A DNA stretch of 64,000 nt from contig CAYPFM010000001.1 of NCBI GenBank assembly GCA_964410185.1, positions 80,860-144,859 of the forward strand, read 5' to 3'. How positions within the stretch are numbered: the first letter of the stretch is position 1; every line of letters starts with the position of its first letter. This DNA comes from an uncultured Candidatus Saccharibacteria bacterium. Its GTDB lineage: Bacteria; Patescibacteriota; Saccharimonadia; Saccharimonadales; JAUPVS01. A model generated the notes under the pieces. The model was given only the letters and a program-made list of their open reading frames with translations. It was not told where the DNA came from and did not search any database. Shown piece by piece: positions 61,973-64,000 of this stretch. The translations under genes and the position numbers were made by a program.

Positions 61973-62371
61973 CTACTCGTCGCTGTCTGGACCAGTGTTA
62001 ACCAGGTTTGGTGGCGTGGTCGGTGCAGTGTTATTGGTTGCCGGAGGCGTCGTTGGCGTTGGCTTTGACTGAGACGAACTGCTGGGGGGCGTAGTTGTTG
62101 ATCCGCTGCCGTTGTTGCCGGTAGTACCCGAATTGCCAGCGCTAGAGCCGCCACCTGTCTGACTGCGCGTATTACTAATCGTCGGTGTTGTGGGCGTCGA
62201 CTTCTTTGTGAAGCGATGAACCACCCAACGGCCAGCCCAAAACAGACCCAGAACAATAGCGACCGTCAAAAAGAACGTCACAATAGATAGCAACCACACC
62301 AGCCAACCACTCTGTTGGTGTGGCTCGACTACCTTTTGATCAACTTCCTGTTTCTTTCGAGATAAGCGCAT
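61973..62371 (-). CDS. Single-TM protein with a Ser/Thr/Pro/Gly-rich tail
   Basis: I chose the start MRLSRKKQ (ATG 62371) because AAGGAGG lies 5 nt upstream. The TM is WLVWLLSIVTFFLTVAIVLGLFW. Confidence 0.5.
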   Translation of the reverse strand: MRLSRKKQEVDQKVVEPHQQSGWLVWLLSIVTFFLTVAIVLGLFWAGRWVVHRFTKKSTPTTPTISNTRSQTGGGSSAGNSGTTGNNGSGSTTTPPSSSSQSKPTPTTPPATNNTAPTTPPNLVNTGPDSDE

Positions 62372-62451
62372 ACCTGCCTCCTTCTGTTCAACATACAGTA
62401 GTACAGGCACAGGGGCTATGCAAGCATAAGTGGCATTGGGTTCGGCAAGGG

Positions 62452-64000
62452 CTACATGCCCATCATGCCACCGCCCATACCAGCGGTAGGATCATTCGGG
62501 TCACTGCCCTTCGTTGGGATATCAACCACCAGCGCGCCCATCGTCATACCAGTTCCAGCAATCGATACTGCGTTCTGCACGGCCTCCTTGGTAACACGCG
62601 CAGGATCAATAACCCCAGCTGTCTTGAGGTCGACGAGCTTATCTGGCTTATTCACATTAACACCCTGCCCAACCTTCTTGGCATCACGAATCTTTGGCAA
62701 CCACTCGTCTGGATTGAGGCCAGAGTTACGCAGTAGTTCAAAGAAGGGTTGCAAAAGCGCTGTCTTAAGCAGTTGGCGCCCGGCAGCTTCGCTATCCGAA
62801 CCTTCTAGCTTGATGTTGTCACTCAAATTTAACAGCGTGACACCGCCGCCAGGGACAATACCTTCGTCCATGGCTGCTTTTACGGCTGCGACTGCGTCAT
62901 CAACCCGGAATTTCTTCTCTTCAATTTCAGTCTCGGTCGCACCACCAACCTTAATAACGGCAACTTTACCGCTGAGAGCCGCCCGCCGTTGTTCAAGATT
63001 TTCCTTGTCGTACTCACTATTGGCGACGGCGATTTGGGCATTAATCTGATCAACACGAGCCTTTAGGTCATGCTTAGTGCCATTACCCTCGATGATAGTA
63101 GTTTCGTCTTTATTAACGATAACTTTACGGGCGGTACCGACAACGTCGAGTTCAACGTTCTCGAAGTCCATCCCCTGCTCTTCGCTAATAACGATCGCGC
63201 CGGTTAGGATGGCCAGGTCTTGCAGGACGTCTTTGCGACGATCACCAAATGATGGAGCCTTAACGGCGATAGTATTAAAGACACCTTTGAGCTTATTCAG
63301 CACCAGGGTACCAAGCGCTTCGCCTTCGACATCATCGGCAATCAAAACGAGGTCTTTTTTGCCAGCGGTCGCAAGCTTTTCTAGCAATGGCAAAAACTCT
63401 TGAATGCTGGTAATTTTACGGTCAGTAATAACAATGGCTGGTTTTTCGGCAACGGCTTCCATGCGGGTCGGGTCGGTGACCATGTAGGCACTGACAAAAC
63501 CACGATCCATGGTGAAACCTTCAACGACTTCACTCTCTAGGTCGAGGCCCTGGCCTTCTTCGACGGTGACAACGCCGTCTTTACCGACTTTATCAATCAC
63601 ATCGGCAATCAACTGACCAATCGTGGCATCGCCAGCAGAAATGGTCGCAACTTCGGCGACGCGTGATTTCTTGCCCTTAATGTCTTCGGCCATGCCGCCA
63701 AGCTTAGTGATAACTTCGTGAGCGGCAGCTTCGAGCCCTTTGCGCAGTTGCATAGGATTATGGCCAGCTGCAATCAGCTTATTGGCTTCGTTCAAGATGT
63801 GGTAGGTCAAGACAGTAACGGTCGTGGTGCCATCACCGGCCACATCATTCATTTTGCTAGCAGCCTGCTTGATGAGCTCGGCGCCAACCTTGTAGCCCAG
63901 TGTATCGTCATCTTCTTCGGGCAAATCAACGCCCTTGGCAACGGTTACACCATCGTGCGTTACCGTTGGCGCGCCATACGTCTTGCTGATGACCACGTTG
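62452..64000 (-). CDS. groL: Chaperonin GroEL (N-terminus outside the window)
   Basis: It has GDGTTTVTVL, VEEGQG, AVKAPSFGDRRK, VGGATETE and the C-terminal GGMGGGMMGM. Confidence 0.95.
   Translation of the reverse strand, partial: NVVISKTYGAPTVTHDGVTVAKGVDLPEEDDDTLGYKVGAELIKQAASKMNDVAGDGTTTVTVLTYHILNEANKLIAAGHNPMQLRKGLEAAAHEVITKLGGMAEDIKGKKSRVAEVATISAGDATIGQLIADVIDKVGKDGVVTVEEGQGLDLESEVVEGFTMDRGFVSAYMVTDPTRMEAVAEKPAIVITDRKITSIQEFLPLLEKLATAGKKDLVLIADDVEGEALGTLVLNKLKGVFNTIAVKAPSFGDRRKDVLQDLAILTGAIVISEEQGMDFENVELDVVGTARKVIVNKDETTIIEGNGTKHDLKARVDQINAQIAVANSEYDKENLEQRRAALSGKVAVIKVGGATETEIEEKKFRVDDAVAAVKAAMDEGIVPGGGVTLLNLSDNIKLEGSDSEAAGRQLLKTALLQPFFELLRNSGLNPDEWLPKIRDAKKVGQGVNVNKPDKLVDLKTAGVIDPARVTKEAVQNAVSIAGTGMTMGALVVDIPTKGSDPNDPTAGMGGGMMGM

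Noticed and set aside
1-64000. Search for mobile elements, prophage, toxin-antitoxin pairs, restriction-modification systems or known defence systems
   Set aside because: I recognised no integrase, transposase, recombinase, terminal inverted repeats, phage structural genes, methyltransferase-nuclease pairs or Cas-like genes. The window appears compositionally uniform by eye apart from the AT-rich spacers.

Overview
All calls come from reading the sequence and ORF translations and recognising motifs. No homology search, HMM or structure prediction was run.

The window is a very gene-dense bacterial chromosomal segment with about 75 CDS. Most are on the minus strand. Many neighbours have 1-14 nt start/stop overlaps, and several convergent gene ends overlap. 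I saw no rRNA, tRNA, CRISPR array, transposase, integrase or prophage genes.

**Main blocks**
- **1-14899 (minus):** a long type IV pilus operon. It runs 191-aa membrane protein, 944-aa secreted protein, pilM, pilN, pilO-like, small TM protein, pilB, pilT, pilC, pilA, pilD, then four minor pilins. The last minor pilin is PilX-like, runs off the window and is absent from the ORF track. No secretin gene is present.
- **15190-19231 (plus), divergent from the pilus operon:** an OmpR-type response regulator; an unannotated 35-aa peptide ORF with a strong SD and a single Trp third from the C-terminus; a 6-TM intramembrane-sensing histidine kinase; and a translationally coupled 604-aa fusion. The fusion joins a squalene-hopene-cyclase-like domain (DxDD motif) to an isoprenoid-synthase-like domain (two Asp-rich motifs).
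- **19284-64000:** core housekeeping genes (ychF, tlyA, efp, rpsR-ssb-rpsF, ftsK, rnj, pnp, rpsO, truB, rpsT, holA, mutM, polA, polyprenyl synthase, rpoD-dnaG, orn, msrB, mscL, argS, groEL partial), interspersed with orphan hypotheticals.
- **58058-59860:** an archaeal-flavoured lipid head-group operon (CDP-alcohol phosphatidyltransferase, PHP phosphoesterase, CDP-archaeol-synthase-like), next to an archaeal-type PGI/PMI.

**Likely source.** The compactness, the secretin-less pilus system, the archaeal-like enzymes and the many low-complexity tails on housekeeping proteins fit a reduced Patescibacteria/CPR genome, possibly Saccharibacteria-like. This is inference only.

**Top candidate for a new system.** The regulator-peptide-kinase-isoprenoid enzyme module looks like an analogue of the Bacillus ComQXPA prenylated-tryptophan pheromone system. 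It sits head-to-head with the pilus operon.
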